Shown here: positions 10,010-19,677 of the stretch, piece by piece
Layout of the letters: each line of letters starts with the position of its first letter
How positions within the stretch are numbered: position 1 is the stretch's first letter
Source: an uncultured virus (IMG/VR IMGVR_UViG_3300010150_000013)
Lineage: Duplodnaviria > Heunggongvirae > Uroviricota > Caudoviricetes
Strand: one strand, 5' to 3'
Virus record (IMG/VR): IMGVR_UViG_3300010150_000013
Coordinates: 1-64,000 of that record
DNA length: 64,000 nucleotides
The notes under the pieces: generated by a model
Databases searched by the model: none
Seen by the model: the letters and a program-made list of their open reading frames with translations, nothing else
Told to the model about the DNA's origin: nothing
Position numbers and translations under genes: made by a program

Positions 10010-10584
10010 CACTTACAAAACACATGATGTTTCCGATTCCTTTTTACGAGTTTGATTTATCACACTGCGTAGAACAGTCGCTTGAATTAATTCCTAAAGA
10101 GTCTAATAACATAAATCCCCATTACCCATCAATTAATCAAACAGACAATCAAGTATTGCATACACTAGATCATTGGAAGTTTCTAAAAGACGAACTAGAA
10201 GATTGCATGTTGCGAATACAAAAAGAAGAAGTATACGATCCTGCCTTTGGACATATAAAGTTAACAAGGCTTTGGGCTAATATGGCTCTTAAAGGATCAG
10301 GTGGTGACCAGCGTCAACATAGACATCCTATGGCTTACTTTAGTGGTATCTTCTACTTAACAGAAGGTGCGCATACTAAGTTTATGGATCCTTGTTATGC
10401 TAGAAGCCTTTCAGCTATTGAAATACCGAATGATTATATGTACGATAGTTTTACTATTGAACCTAAGCCAGGACAAGTTATAATCTTTCCTAGTTATGTA
10501 CAGCATTTAACTTTGCCACATACAGGTGATAATGATAGGATTACAATGGCATTTAATGGTTTACCGGAGAAAATGGTACCGTGA
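10006..10584 (+). CDS. 2OG-Fe(II) oxygenase-like protein
   Basis: [30 protein letters not shown]. Start could be 9997 or 10006. Confidence 0.8.
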   Translation: MTLTKHMMFPIPFYEFDLSHCVEQSLELIPKESNNINPHYPSINQTDNQVLHTLDHWKFLKDELEDCMLRIQKEEVYDPAFGHIKLTRLWANMALKGSGGDQRQHRHPMAYFSGIFYLTEGAHTKFMDPCYARSLSAIEIPNDYMYDSFTIEPKPGQVIIFPSYVQHLTLPHTGDNDRITMAFNGLPEKMVP

Positions 10585-10931
10585 CACACGTAGTTGACGA
10601 CAAATGTATTAACTGTAAACACACAACCTGTGTAAGTGTTTGCCCTGTAGATTGTTTTTACGAAGGTGCAAACATGCTTGTAATCAATCCTGATGAATGT
10701 ATTGATTGTGGTGTATGTGTTCCTGAATGTCCTGAAGATGCAATATGGCAAACTGACGATGAAGAAAACAAATGGTTTAAACATAACCAGTATTTTTCAA
10801 ATGATGCTAATTGGCCAAACATTACAGACGAACAAGAGCCAATGGAAGACTATGTAGATTTTGCAAAAGAAAACTACAAAGAAGATAAAACAAAATTATT
10901 TAAAGCAATACCTGCTATACAAATAGACTAA
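10581..10931 (+). CDS. fdxA: 7Fe/8Fe ferredoxin (FdxA-type)
   Basis: [18 protein letters not shown]...[21 protein letters not shown]. Confidence 0.92.
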   Translation: MTHVVDDKCINCKHTTCVSVCPVDCFYEGANMLVINPDECIDCGVCVPECPEDAIWQTDDEENKWFKHNQYFSNDANWPNITDEQEPMEDYVDFAKENYKEDKTKLFKAIPAIQID

Positions 10932-11044
10932 TGAAAATCAAGATAGAATTAGAAGTCGACACAGCTCGAGATGAGGATCAAAATCTCATAGATGAGCTTA
11001 TTGATCTTTTAGACCAACTTCGCGATAGATTCCAAGAAGAATAA
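10931..11044 (+). CDS. 37-aa acidic peptide (not in ORF track)
   Basis: TAATG-coupled. [37 protein letters not shown]. Ends at terminator hairpin. Confidence 0.6.
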   Translation: MKIKIELEVDTARDEDQNLIDELIDLLDQLRDRFQEE

Positions 11045-11062
11045 GGGAGTTTTTACACTCCC
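11045..11062. terminator. Hairpin between convergent genes (probable terminator)
   Basis: GGGAGT-ttttac-ACTCCC. T-rich tail on minus strand. Confidence 0.6.
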
Positions 11063-11069
11063 CTAAACT

Positions 11070-11795
11070 TTACTGATCTCCGTAGATCTCTAGAATCTCT
11101 TTTACTGCTTCATGCCTTTCAATATGCGTTTTGTCGAACTGACATATATCAACATATTGATGGTTACGGAAGTTATTATATAACCCAAGGAACTCAAGTA
11201 AGCCGTTATTGCTAGGGCGGTCCGCCTGTTGCAAGTCACCTGTTACCACCATCTTAGATCCTTCACCTAATCTTGTGAGAAGCATTTTCATTTGATTAGG
11301 CGTAGCGTTTTGCATTTCATCTGCAATAATTACAGAGTGTTTAAAGGTTCGCCCTCGCATATATGCTAAAGGACTAATCTCAAGAATACTTTCTCTCATC
11401 TGTCGCTCCACTTCACGTTGACAGAAGTTATCAGAAAAAACATCGAAAATTGGTCTTGTCCAAGGAGCCATTTTGTCGTTAAGATCTCCTGGTAAAAATC
11501 CATGTTGCTCGTCCACAGAAACCGCAGGTCTCGTAATAACAATTTTATCGAAATCTCCGTCTTTCCAAGCATCAATAGCCCATTGTACACCTAGCATAGT
11601 TTTACCTGTACCCGCTGGTCCACATGCAAATACAATATGTGTATCAGCATTGTTTAGCGTTTCTAAGTATATTTCTTGAGCTTTGTTTTTGGGAGTTAGA
11701 GCAACACGTTTGCGTGTCTTTTCGTTAATGTTTATTACGTTGTTGAAGTTTTGTGAGTGGTGAGATTGTTTTCTTTTACTCTTCATATTAAGCAT
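11070..11795 (-). CDS. phoH: PhoH-like ATPase
   Basis: GPAGTGKT, ITRPAV, GFLPG, YMRGRTF, DEMQN, LTRLG, TGDLQQ. Confidence 0.95.
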   Translation of the reverse strand: MLNMKSKRKQSHHSQNFNNVININEKTRKRVALTPKNKAQEIYLETLNNADTHIVFACGPAGTGKTMLGVQWAIDAWKDGDFDKIVITRPAVSVDEQHGFLPGDLNDKMAPWTRPIFDVFSDNFCQREVERQMRESILEISPLAYMRGRTFKHSVIIADEMQNATPNQMKMLLTRLGEGSKMVVTGDLQQADRPSNNGLLEFLGLYNNFRNHQYVDICQFDKTHIERHEAVKEILEIYGDQ

Positions 11796-11958
11796 TTCCT
11801 CCGTGCTTTGTTGGGCTCAAACACAGAGTTATACCTAAATTAGCGATGTTAAGTCCGTGTTCGAACATACTAATATTTACTCGATTAATTCATATATAAA
11901 GCTCTTAGTTTAAATTTGAGCATAAATACAATAACAATAGGAGAACAGGAAATCTCAG

Positions 11959-12495
11959 ATGGCAACTACTAAAGATATTATTGCAAACATTGAACAAATT
12001 TATGGTTCAAATAACAGCCTAAATCTACTAAAAGACTTCGAACGTGTCTTAGATGAATTAGACGTGTATGTGTATGACGGCTGGTTAGATGGCGAATTAG
12101 TGTCTGGTCCTAACGAATCAAGATACTTTGTTGAATGTACGTTTATGTGGCCATATGAAAATATGCCTGAACCACAAGGCGGTAAAAGATTAAAAGAATA
12201 CGGATGCAAAGTAGGCTTTGCAGAATCTGCTATTGCTAAAGTTAGAAAAATTAAAGCAGTAGACGATATTAGACCTGGTACAAGAAAAGGTAAAATCGAC
12301 TACGAAAACATTTGGATGGTGAAAATTGCTATGCCAAAACGTTTAATGAAAAACATTGATCGCGGTTATAAGAACCTTGATAGAAATAAAGTACAAGACA
12401 TCATGGCGAACAATGCAGTTAATATGAACCTTGAGCCTGCACAAGAAGTAGCAGCACAACAAGAGGCACCAGCAGATGACACAGCAGCACAATAA
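11959..12495 (+). CDS. Hypothetical phage protein
   Basis: TAAATA at 11923. SD. Long ORF. Confidence 0.75.
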   Translation: MATTKDIIANIEQIYGSNNSLNLLKDFERVLDELDVYVYDGWLDGELVSGPNESRYFVECTFMWPYENMPEPQGGKRLKEYGCKVGFAESAIAKVRKIKAVDDIRPGTRKGKIDYENIWMVKIAMPKRLMKNIDRGYKNLDRNKVQDIMANNAVNMNLEPAQEVAAQQEAPADDTAAQ

Positions 12496-13228
12496 AGTTT
12501 TAGAAGAAGGATTACGTAAAAACGATCTAGTGGATCTAGTATATCCTATGTTTGAAGTAGATAAGTTTAGATCAAAGATGGGAGAAGATAGAGATGTTTG
12601 TGTTGTAACATTCCAAGCAAAAGACAGATACCCAGCAAGAGATTTAATGGAGTTTATCGAAAAAGGATTTTCATTTGTGCTTGATGCAGATGTTAGTTCA
12701 GGAGAGAACGAAGAAGGCGAATATTCAGTATTTGTAGAAATTGAAAGAAACAAAAGGCTAGCAGAACAAATTGACGATTTACTTTATGGTGTATCTAAAC
12801 TAACAGGCATTGAAGATTGGAAGTTTCAATACTATAAAGACGATAAGAAAAGAGAAGCTACAAGAGAAAATTTAAGCAAAGTTATTCCTACAGATAAACA
12901 AATGTACGAAGCGAAACTAGCACAGGTAAGAACAGACGAAGTAAAGACTTTCTTTTCTAAAACGCTTATGGACAACTTAGAACTTGAAGATGATATCATT
13001 ACATTTTATAAGCCCTTCGGTAATGTTATCAAGATGAAATGGATAAAAGAGGGCGCAACAAAAGATATAATCGAAGGTCTTGATGCAACTACGGATATTG
13101 GTTTAGATGCTTCTGCTGAAACATTTTGGTTAAGCAAAGTACTAGGCGATTACAATATTAACAAAGTTGGCGCTGACTTCGTATTTACTAATGGACAGAA
13201 GTCCATGATATTACAAAGGATTGAATAA
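12476..13228 (+). CDS. Hypothetical phage protein
   Basis: 250-aa ORF overlapping upstream gene. Confidence 0.75.
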   Translation: MTQQHNKVLEEGLRKNDLVDLVYPMFEVDKFRSKMGEDRDVCVVTFQAKDRYPARDLMEFIEKGFSFVLDADVSSGENEEGEYSVFVEIERNKRLAEQIDDLLYGVSKLTGIEDWKFQYYKDDKKREATRENLSKVIPTDKQMYEAKLAQVRTDEVKTFFSKTLMDNLELEDDIITFYKPFGNVIKMKWIKEGATKDIIEGLDATTDIGLDASAETFWLSKVLGDYNINKVGADFVFTNGQKSMILQRIE

Positions 13229-14067
13229 TGAAATTTGAGTTTACAAAAGAGATGTGTGCAGAAGTATTGCACGGTAACAGTAAAGTAGACGAATGGTATG
13301 AAGCACTTCTTGAGATGCTTCCTAAGTATGAAATTGATACTGTCGATAGAGCAGCAGGATTTTTAGCACAATGCGCTCACGAAAGTCTTAACTTTAGAGT
13401 ACTTGAAGAAAATTTAAACTATAGTGCAAAAGCATTAGATGCAGTATTTGGAAAATACTTTGCACGTGGTGGCAGAGATGCAAACGAATATGCAAGACAA
13501 CCAGAAAAAATTGCAAACGTAACATACGCAAATAGAATTGGTAATGGAGATACAGCATCAGGAGATGGTTGGCGTTTCCGTGGTAGAGGTGTTATTCAAT
13601 TAACTGGTCGTGCTAACTATGCTGACTTTGGTAAAACAATTGGCATGACTGCTGAAGAAGTAATTGATTATGTAACTACTATCAAAGGTGCATTAGAAAG
13701 TGCATGTTGGTTCTGGGACACAAGAAATATTAATGCTATGGCTGACAATCAAGATATTGTTGCTATGAGTAAAAAGGTTAACGGCGGAACAGTAGGCCTT
13801 GAAGATCGTAAAAAACATTTTAAACATTTCTTAGATGTATTAGGTGGAAACTTTGATCCTAGTAAAGCACCAGCACCAGTTGTTGGTATTTTAAGAAAAG
13901 GTGCAAAAGGTGCAGCAGTTATGCAAATGCAAGAGAAACTTGGTATTGCAGCAGACGGCGACTTTGGTCCTGGTACTGAAAAGGCTGTTAAAGAGTGGCA
14001 AACCAAAAATGGTTTAGTTGCAGACGGCATTGTAGGTCCTAAGACCCTTGCTAAGTTGATGGAGTAG
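13228..14067 (+). CDS. Endolysin: glycoside hydrolase family 19 plus C-terminal peptidoglycan-binding domain
   Basis: FLAQCAHES, EENLNYS, FRGRGVIQLTGRANY, VNGGTVGLEDR. Repeats ADGDFGPGT and ADGIVGPKT. Confidence 0.92.
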   Translation: MKFEFTKEMCAEVLHGNSKVDEWYEALLEMLPKYEIDTVDRAAGFLAQCAHESLNFRVLEENLNYSAKALDAVFGKYFARGGRDANEYARQPEKIANVTYANRIGNGDTASGDGWRFRGRGVIQLTGRANYADFGKTIGMTAEEVIDYVTTIKGALESACWFWDTRNINAMADNQDIVAMSKKVNGGTVGLEDRKKHFKHFLDVLGGNFDPSKAPAPVVGILRKGAKGAAVMQMQEKLGIAADGDFGPGTEKAVKEWQTKNGLVADGIVGPKTLAKLME

Positions 14068-14068
14068 A

Positions 14069-14212
14069 ATGTCCGGAGTTTGTCAAAACTGTGGAAGGGA
14101 ACACGAAGGCCGATTAGTCGAAACATTTAAGGATGGAGACAATAAGCCAATAGAGATAGTAGTGTGTCAATATCCAAGGTATAAATACGAAGCACAAACT
14201 AACGAGGATTAA
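14069..14212 (+). CDS. 47-aa Cys/His peptide (not in ORF track)
   Basis: SD GGAG. MSGVCQNCGREHEG...VVCQYPRY (CxxCxxxH...C). Confidence 0.55.
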   Translation: MSGVCQNCGREHEGRLVETFKDGDNKPIEIVVCQYPRYKYEAQTNED

Positions 14213-14215
14213 ATT

Positions 14216-14446
14216 ATGTGGAAAGAGCAAGTCATGCAAGTACTGGAAAGACATTTCGGTACTGGAAAAGAGATCACTGAAGCAAGTCATTTCATTGATG
14301 ATTTAGATGGAGATGATTTTGACATTGTTGATGTTACCGATCAAGTTTGTAAAAAATTAGAAATCAATATTCCAGAAGAAGATACATTTAACATTGAAAC
14401 AGTACAAGACTTACTAAACGAGGTGGAGAAGAACATTGTTCAGTAG
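14216..14446 (+). CDS. Acyl carrier protein-like, lacking the phosphopantetheine serine
   Basis: FIDDLDGDDFDIVDV...INIPEEDTFNIETVQDLL aligns to ACP FxxDLGADSLDxVE...IPDEE...IxTVxD. DSL replaced by DDF. Confidence 0.75.
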   Translation: MWKEQVMQVLERHFGTGKEITEASHFIDDLDGDDFDIVDVTDQVCKKLEINIPEEDTFNIETVQDLLNEVEKNIVQ

Positions 14447-14921
14447 TATTAGAATAGCAATGATTCTAGTTGTACTTGCTGCGGCAGGTGGCGGATTTAT
14501 GTATGTGAAAGCATTACAAAAAGATCTTGACACAGCAAAAGCAAACATTGTTAAACTAGAAGATGGCATCAATGAGCAAAAGGCTGTAATTGAACAGCAG
14601 AAAAAAGATTTTGAAGCCATTATTAAAGTCCGAAATGACCTTGAGGACTTAAATAGAGTATTAGAAACTGCAAATAGAAACCTAAATGAAAAATTTAATA
14701 AACTAAATGCAGCAGGTGATAAGAGAGATATTGGGGCTTTATCAGTAACTAGACCAAAGTCCATTGAAAGAATTTTAAATAAAGATGAAGTTCACGAGAG
14801 ACGTTGTTTTGAAATTATAGGCGGCGCTCCGTTAACTGAAGAGGAGTTAAATGCTACAAAGAAGTCAAAGGTCAATTCTGTTTGTCCTGAACTTGCTAAT
14901 CCTAACTACGTTGCTTACTAG
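14436..14921 (+). CDS. Inner-membrane spanin (Rz-like)
   Basis: N-terminal TM helix followed by coiled coil. Downstream of endolysin. Overlaps lipoprotein gene. Confidence 0.7.
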   Translation: MFSSIRIAMILVVLAAAGGGFMYVKALQKDLDTAKANIVKLEDGINEQKAVIEQQKKDFEAIIKVRNDLEDLNRVLETANRNLNEKFNKLNAAGDKRDIGALSVTRPKSIERILNKDEVHERRCFEIIGGAPLTEEELNATKKSKVNSVCPELANPNYVAY

Positions 14922-15231
14922 TTGTAGTACGATTAAGCCGTTAGAAGTTTTTAAAACAGAAGTTGAACGCAGACCATTAAACTTACCTTTACCTGAACCA
15001 GCAGCACTAGAACAAGTTCGCTGGATCATAATTAATCGCGAAAACGCAGAACAAGTATTTAAAGACTTAGAAAAGAATAACATTGATCCTGTTATCATAG
15101 GATTAACAGACGAAGACTACGAAAACTTTAGAAAAAATTATGCACAAATCCGTGCATACATGATCAAGCAAAACAAAATCATTGATGCTTATAAAGAGTA
15201 CTACGAAAGCGAAACTGCTGAAGAAAAATAG
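14851..15231 (+). CDS. Outer-membrane spanin lipoprotein (Rz1-like)
   Basis: Lipobox LTSC, Pro-rich segment, overlap with i-spanin 3' end. SD GGAG. Confidence 0.7.
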   Translation: MLQRSQRSILFVLNLLILTTLLTSCSTIKPLEVFKTEVERRPLNLPLPEPAALEQVRWIIINRENAEQVFKDLEKNNIDPVIIGLTDEDYENFRKNYAQIRAYMIKQNKIIDAYKEYYESETAEEK

Positions 15232-15392
15232 TGCTAACAAGGGCGATCATAATAGCATTTCTAGTTATGCTTGCCTCCTGTCAACAACTACGCTGTAAAC
15301 TTAAACCTGGCGTAGATGTAAGCATCGAATCAACAGATACCAAACAACTACCTAACGTCAAGCCCAAAGCTGAAGTTAATTGTGCATTTTAA
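15231..15392 (+). CDS. 53-aa lipoprotein (not in ORF track)
   Basis: GTG start coupled to upstream TAG. MLTRAIIIAFLVMLASC lipobox. Ends AEVNCAF. Confidence 0.6.
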   Translation: MLTRAIIIAFLVMLASCQQLRCKLKPGVDVSIESTDTKQLPNVKPKAEVNCAF

Positions 15393-15424
15393 ATAAATAC
15401 TACTATAATTAACTAGGAGCGAAT

Positions 15425-15706
15425 ATGTGGGAAATGATAGAAAGAATGGCGACTGATCGCTTGTGGATCTACACAGCAATCGCAGGTTCTCTACTTGGAG
15501 CAGCATTCTTGTTTTGGTTTAAAGACACAAGAATGGCAACTTGGGCAGTTGCAAAGTTTGATAACTTTCTTGCTTACCTAGCAGTACGTTGGGGGTGGAC
15601 TTGGTTACAGGATGACCCGGACGCCTGGCGTGTTAAATATCCTAAAATTACATCAAAGATTGACGAATTAGAAAAACGTATTAAACATCTTGAGGGGAAG
15701 AGATAA
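15425..15706 (+). CDS. Membrane protein (lysis region, holin/antiholin candidate)
   Basis: N-terminal TM. SD AGGAG. TAAATA upstream. Confidence 0.6.
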   Translation: MWEMIERMATDRLWIYTAIAGSLLGAAFLFWFKDTRMATWAVAKFDNFLAYLAVRWGWTWLQDDPDAWRVKYPKITSKIDELEKRIKHLEGKR

Positions 15707-15999
15707 TGAGCGACACTCAAACTAAAAAAGTAAATATCGAACTTGAAGTAGATACAACTACTGTTGACAGTTCTAAAAATAGATACCAAACTTGGATTGA
15801 TCTTGCAAGAGCTGTAGACAGTTGGAGAATATTTCCAAGACTGTTTATCACAGTGTATATTGTTTTGCTATATCAAGTTGTACATTGGTACATGGGATTA
15901 GGAACGGCTGCTACTATGGAACAGTCAGGACTTGTTTCAGTTGTAGTTGGTGCTGGTGCTGCATGGTTTGGCTTATACGCTGGAACCAGTAAGAAGTAG
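15706..15999 (+). CDS. Holin-like 2-TM protein
   Basis: Two TM helices, short basic C-tail, lysis cassette context. Confidence 0.55.
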   Translation: MSDTQTKKVNIELEVDTTTVDSSKNRYQTWIDLARAVDSWRIFPRLFITVYIVLLYQVVHWYMGLGTAATMEQSGLVSVVVGAGAAWFGLYAGTSKK

Positions 16000-16028
16000 C
16001 CCACTAAGTATTACAAATAAGTACTAGT

Positions 16029-16838
16029 ATGGACTACTATTCTATACTAGGCGTCAATAGAGATGCTTCGGAAAAGGAACTTAAATCAGCATACAAGAAA
16101 GCAAGTATGCAACATCATCCTGACAGGGGTGGTGATGAAGAAAAGTTTAAGAAAATTAACGAAGCATATTCAACTCTAAAAGATCCTGTAAAAAGACAAC
16201 AGTACGATAATCCTCAACCACAGGGCTTTGGCCCTAACGGTTTTGAAGGAATGAATCCCAATGGGTTTGAAGATCTATTTAGAAACTTTGGCTTTAACAT
16301 GGGTCAACGCAGACCACAGAATAGACAAATTGATCTTGCTCTTGATGTAACAATGGAAGATGTTTACAACGGTAAACAAATTGCTATGGAAGTTCAACTT
16401 CCTACAGGCAGAACTAAACTAATCGATATTGATATTCCAGCAGGTGTTGAAGAAGGACAAACTGTAAGGTATGCAGGAATGGGAGATAATTCTATCCAAA
16501 ACATTCCAGCAGGAGACCTAATGGTGCATATTCGTGTTCGCAATCACCCCAGGTTCCAACGCTACGGTGATAATATACTATGTGAAGAAAAAATTCTTAT
16601 ATGGGATTTGATGTTAGGCACACACGCAGTAGTTACTACCCTTTCAGGCAGACAAATTAAATTAAACGTACCAGCAGGCACACCACCCGATACTACACTA
16701 AGTTGTAACGGTGAAGGATTACCAAATATAAGAACAAAAAAGAGAGGAAACTTGTTAGTAAAAATTAAAGCACTTATGCCAAGAGAGTATACAGACGAAC
16801 AACGTAAAAAAATTATGGAAATAAAACATGGACTATAA
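16029..16838 (+). CDS. dnaJ: DnaJ/CbpA-like co-chaperone (class B, no Zn finger)
   Basis: MDYYSILGV...HHPDRGG J domain, G/F region, C-terminal GDLMVHI and GEGLP. Confidence 0.92.
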   Translation: MDYYSILGVNRDASEKELKSAYKKASMQHHPDRGGDEEKFKKINEAYSTLKDPVKRQQYDNPQPQGFGPNGFEGMNPNGFEDLFRNFGFNMGQRRPQNRQIDLALDVTMEDVYNGKQIAMEVQLPTGRTKLIDIDIPAGVEEGQTVRYAGMGDNSIQNIPAGDLMVHIRVRNHPRFQRYGDNILCEEKILIWDLMLGTHAVVTTLSGRQIKLNVPAGTPPDTTLSCNGEGLPNIRTKKRGNLLVKIKALMPREYTDEQRKKIMEIKHGL

Positions 16839-17346
16839 ATTAGATTTAGATTATAAATTAGGCTTACACAAAGCACTAAATGAATCTAGTGAAGTATGGG
16901 ACTTTGATAAAGAAGAGCTAGACCCAGAAAAATTAGAGTTTGATATGTGTAACTTTATGCTAAATCACAACGGCATTGGTCTTGCTGCTAACCAGTTAAA
17001 TATTAAGAAGAGAGTGTTTGCTATAGGATCAAAAAACGTACCAGGTTTTCCAGAACCGTTCTGTGTTTTTAATCCTGTCATTTTAGAAGCAAGTGAGGAA
17101 CATGTTTTAGATAAAGAAGGCTGTTTGAGCTTTCCGGGTTTATGGTTACATTTGCAGAGACCTAAAATGATAGTTGCACAATATCAGAATTCAAAAGGCG
17201 AAACGAAAGAAGCAAAAGTAGAAGGTTATCTTGCTAAATGCTTTCAGCATGAATTAGATCACCTAAATGGCATTTGTTTTGTTGACAAAGTGAGTCGGTT
17301 GAAGTTACAATTAGCTATGAAGAAATTAAAAAAGAGACAAAAATAA
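16828..17346 (+). CDS. def: Peptide deformylase
   Basis: GIGLAANQ, EGCLS, QHELDHLNG motifs. Confidence 0.95.
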   Translation: MDYKLDLDYKLGLHKALNESSEVWDFDKEELDPEKLEFDMCNFMLNHNGIGLAANQLNIKKRVFAIGSKNVPGFPEPFCVFNPVILEASEEHVLDKEGCLSFPGLWLHLQRPKMIVAQYQNSKGETKEAKVEGYLAKCFQHELDHLNGICFVDKVSRLKLQLAMKKLKKRQK

Positions 17347-19677
17347 ATGATTGAACCTAGTAAACAATTACAAAAGATTTTTGATGCCTCTGTAGTAGTT
17401 GCGCAGAACCACACGCACACACATATTACTATTGAGCATTTGGTGTACTCAATTTTTGCTGACCCAGATACAGCAGGTGGTCTTAAAGAATTTGGTGCTG
17501 ATGTTGACTTTATTAAAAAGAACCTAGAGCATTACTTAAAAAACAACTTAGGTGATATTGTTTCTAAGGATAAGAATATAAATCCTAAGAAAACTGCATC
17601 TGTTGAACGTGTTTTAAATAGATGCTTTACACAAGTATTGTTTAGTGGACGTAATCAAATTGAAGTTGCTGACGTAATCATTAGTGTTATGAGCGAGAAA
17701 AACTCTTTTGCATTTTACTTCTTAGCAAAAGGTGGAATTGATAAACAGAAATTTGTAGAGCATTTCCAAGCACATCATATTGGTGAAGAAATGTTTGAAG
17801 GTGGCGGGGAAGAAGATATCAATCTAAGCCCAGATCAATTAGATAGAATTATTAATCAATTCTGTACTAACTTGTCTATGAAGGCAAAGCAAAGAGTCAT
17901 TGATCCTGTTATCGGACGTGACGAAGAAATTGAAAAAATTGAATTAGTATTAGCAAGACGTAACAAAGCAAACGTACTAATGGTTGGTGATCCAGGTGTT
18001 GGTAAGACTGCTATTGCTGAAGGTCTTGCACGTAAGATTCATGAAAAGAAAGTACCTAAGTTTATTCAAGATCATTTAGTGTTTAGTTTAGACATTAGTT
18101 CTTTAGTTGCTGGCAGTAAGTATAGAGGTGACTTTGAAGAACGTATTAAGGCAGTACTAATGGCCCTTGAGCGTAAAGGTAAAATTATCTTATTCATTGA
18201 TGAAGCACACATGATGAGTGGTGCTGGTTCAGGCGGACAAGGACAGTCAAACGACTTAGCAAATATGCTGAAGCCTGCACTTACAAAAGGCAACATGAAA
18301 GTTATTGCTTCTACTACTTGGGAAGAGTATAGAAAATCTTTTGAAAAAGATAGAGCATTAATGCGTAGGTTCCAACGTGTAACTATTGACGAACCAACAG
18401 CAGATCTTACAGTAAAAATTATTAAAGGCTTACGTAAGTACTACGAACAGCATCATAATGTTAAGATTACAAATGAAGCAATTCAACAAGCAGTAAACTT
18501 ATCTGTCAAGTACATGGCTGATAAAAAGTTACCTGACAAAGCAATTGATATTATTGATTGTGCTTCAGCAAGATACAAGTTAAATGAAACTGACGAAACT
18601 GAAACAGTTGCACAAATTGTTGACATTGAACAAGTAACATACGAACTTGCTAAAATGGTAAGTATGCCGCTAGAAACTATTTCGCAAAAAGAAAGTAACA
18701 ATCTTGCTGGACTTGATGCGTCAATGAAGAAAGCAGTATTCGGACAAGACAAAGCAGTTGAATCTATTCTTGATAAGATCTTTGTTGCACAAAGTGGAAT
18801 GAAAGATCCTGACAAGCCAATTGGTAGTTTCTTATTCTTAGGACCAACAGGAACAGGTAAAACAGAAACAGCAAAACAACTTGCAGAGAAAATGGGTATG
18901 TCACTAATACGTTTTGATATGTCAGAGTATCAAGAAAAACACAGTGTTGCAAGATTAATTGGTGCTCCTCCAGGTTATGTAGGATTTGATGATGACGCTG
19001 GCCAACTTATTAACAAGTTACAAGAAACACCTAATGCTGTATTGTTGTTAGACGAAATTGAAAAAGCACACAAAGATGTATCAAACATTTTGCTACAGTT
19101 TATGGACAACGGTTTTGTTACAGGATCAAATGGTAAACGTGCAGATGGACGTAACACTATTCTTATTATGACAAGTAACTTAGGTGCTGCTGACAATGAA
19201 TCAAAATTAATTGGCTTTGCTGATAACGAGAAAGACTCGGAAGATGATAAAGCAGTTAAAAAGTTTTTTGCTCCAGAGTTTAGAAATAGATTAGACGGTA
19301 CAGTTAAGTTTGCTAAACTATCTACTGATGTAGTTAAAAGTATTGTTCATAAGTTTATTAAAGAACTTAATACACAACTAAAAGAGAAGCACATTGCAAT
19401 TACACTTGACGAAGATACTGTTAATTGGTTATCTAAGAAAGGTTACAATCCTAAGATGGGTGCAAGGCCTTTAGGTAGATTAATTGATAAAACAATTAAA
19501 ACACCTTTAAGTAGGAGAGTGTTGTTTGGAGATTTAGTTGACGGGGGTAAAGTTGCTGTATCAATCGATAAAGACGGTCCAGCGTTTACAATTACTCCTA
19601 TGCCAAAGCCTTTGACTAAAGAAGAACGTAAAGCACAGAAGCTGGCTGCTAAGGCGCAGGCTAGTAATGATGCTTAA
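17347..19677 (+). CDS. clpA: ClpA-like AAA+ unfoldase
   Basis: Clp N-domain. Two AAA modules (GDPGVGKT, GPTGTGKT), RFDMSEYQEKH, IGF loop, no ClpB middle domain. Confidence 0.9.
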   Translation: MIEPSKQLQKIFDASVVVAQNHTHTHITIEHLVYSIFADPDTAGGLKEFGADVDFIKKNLEHYLKNNLGDIVSKDKNINPKKTASVERVLNRCFTQVLFSGRNQIEVADVIISVMSEKNSFAFYFLAKGGIDKQKFVEHFQAHHIGEEMFEGGGEEDINLSPDQLDRIINQFCTNLSMKAKQRVIDPVIGRDEEIEKIELVLARRNKANVLMVGDPGVGKTAIAEGLARKIHEKKVPKFIQDHLVFSLDISSLVAGSKYRGDFEERIKAVLMALERKGKIILFIDEAHMMSGAGSGGQGQSNDLANMLKPALTKGNMKVIASTTWEEYRKSFEKDRALMRRFQRVTIDEPTADLTVKIIKGLRKYYEQHHNVKITNEAIQQAVNLSVKYMADKKLPDKAIDIIDCASARYKLNETDETETVAQIVDIEQVTYELAKMVSMPLETISQKESNNLAGLDASMKKAVFGQDKAVESILDKIFVAQSGMKDPDKPIGSFLFLGPTGTGKTETAKQLAEKMGMSLIRFDMSEYQEKHSVARLIGAPPGYVGFDDDAGQLINKLQETPNAVLLLDEIEKAHKDVSNILLQFMDNGFVTGSNGKRADGRNTILIMTSNLGAADNESKLIGFADNEKDSEDDKAVKKFFAPEFRNRLDGTVKFAKLSTDVVKSIVHKFIKELNTQLKEKHIAITLDEDTVNWLSKKGYNPKMGARPLGRLIDKTIKTPLSRRVLFGDLVDGGKVAVSIDKDGPAFTITPMPKPLTKEERKAQKLAAKAQASNDA

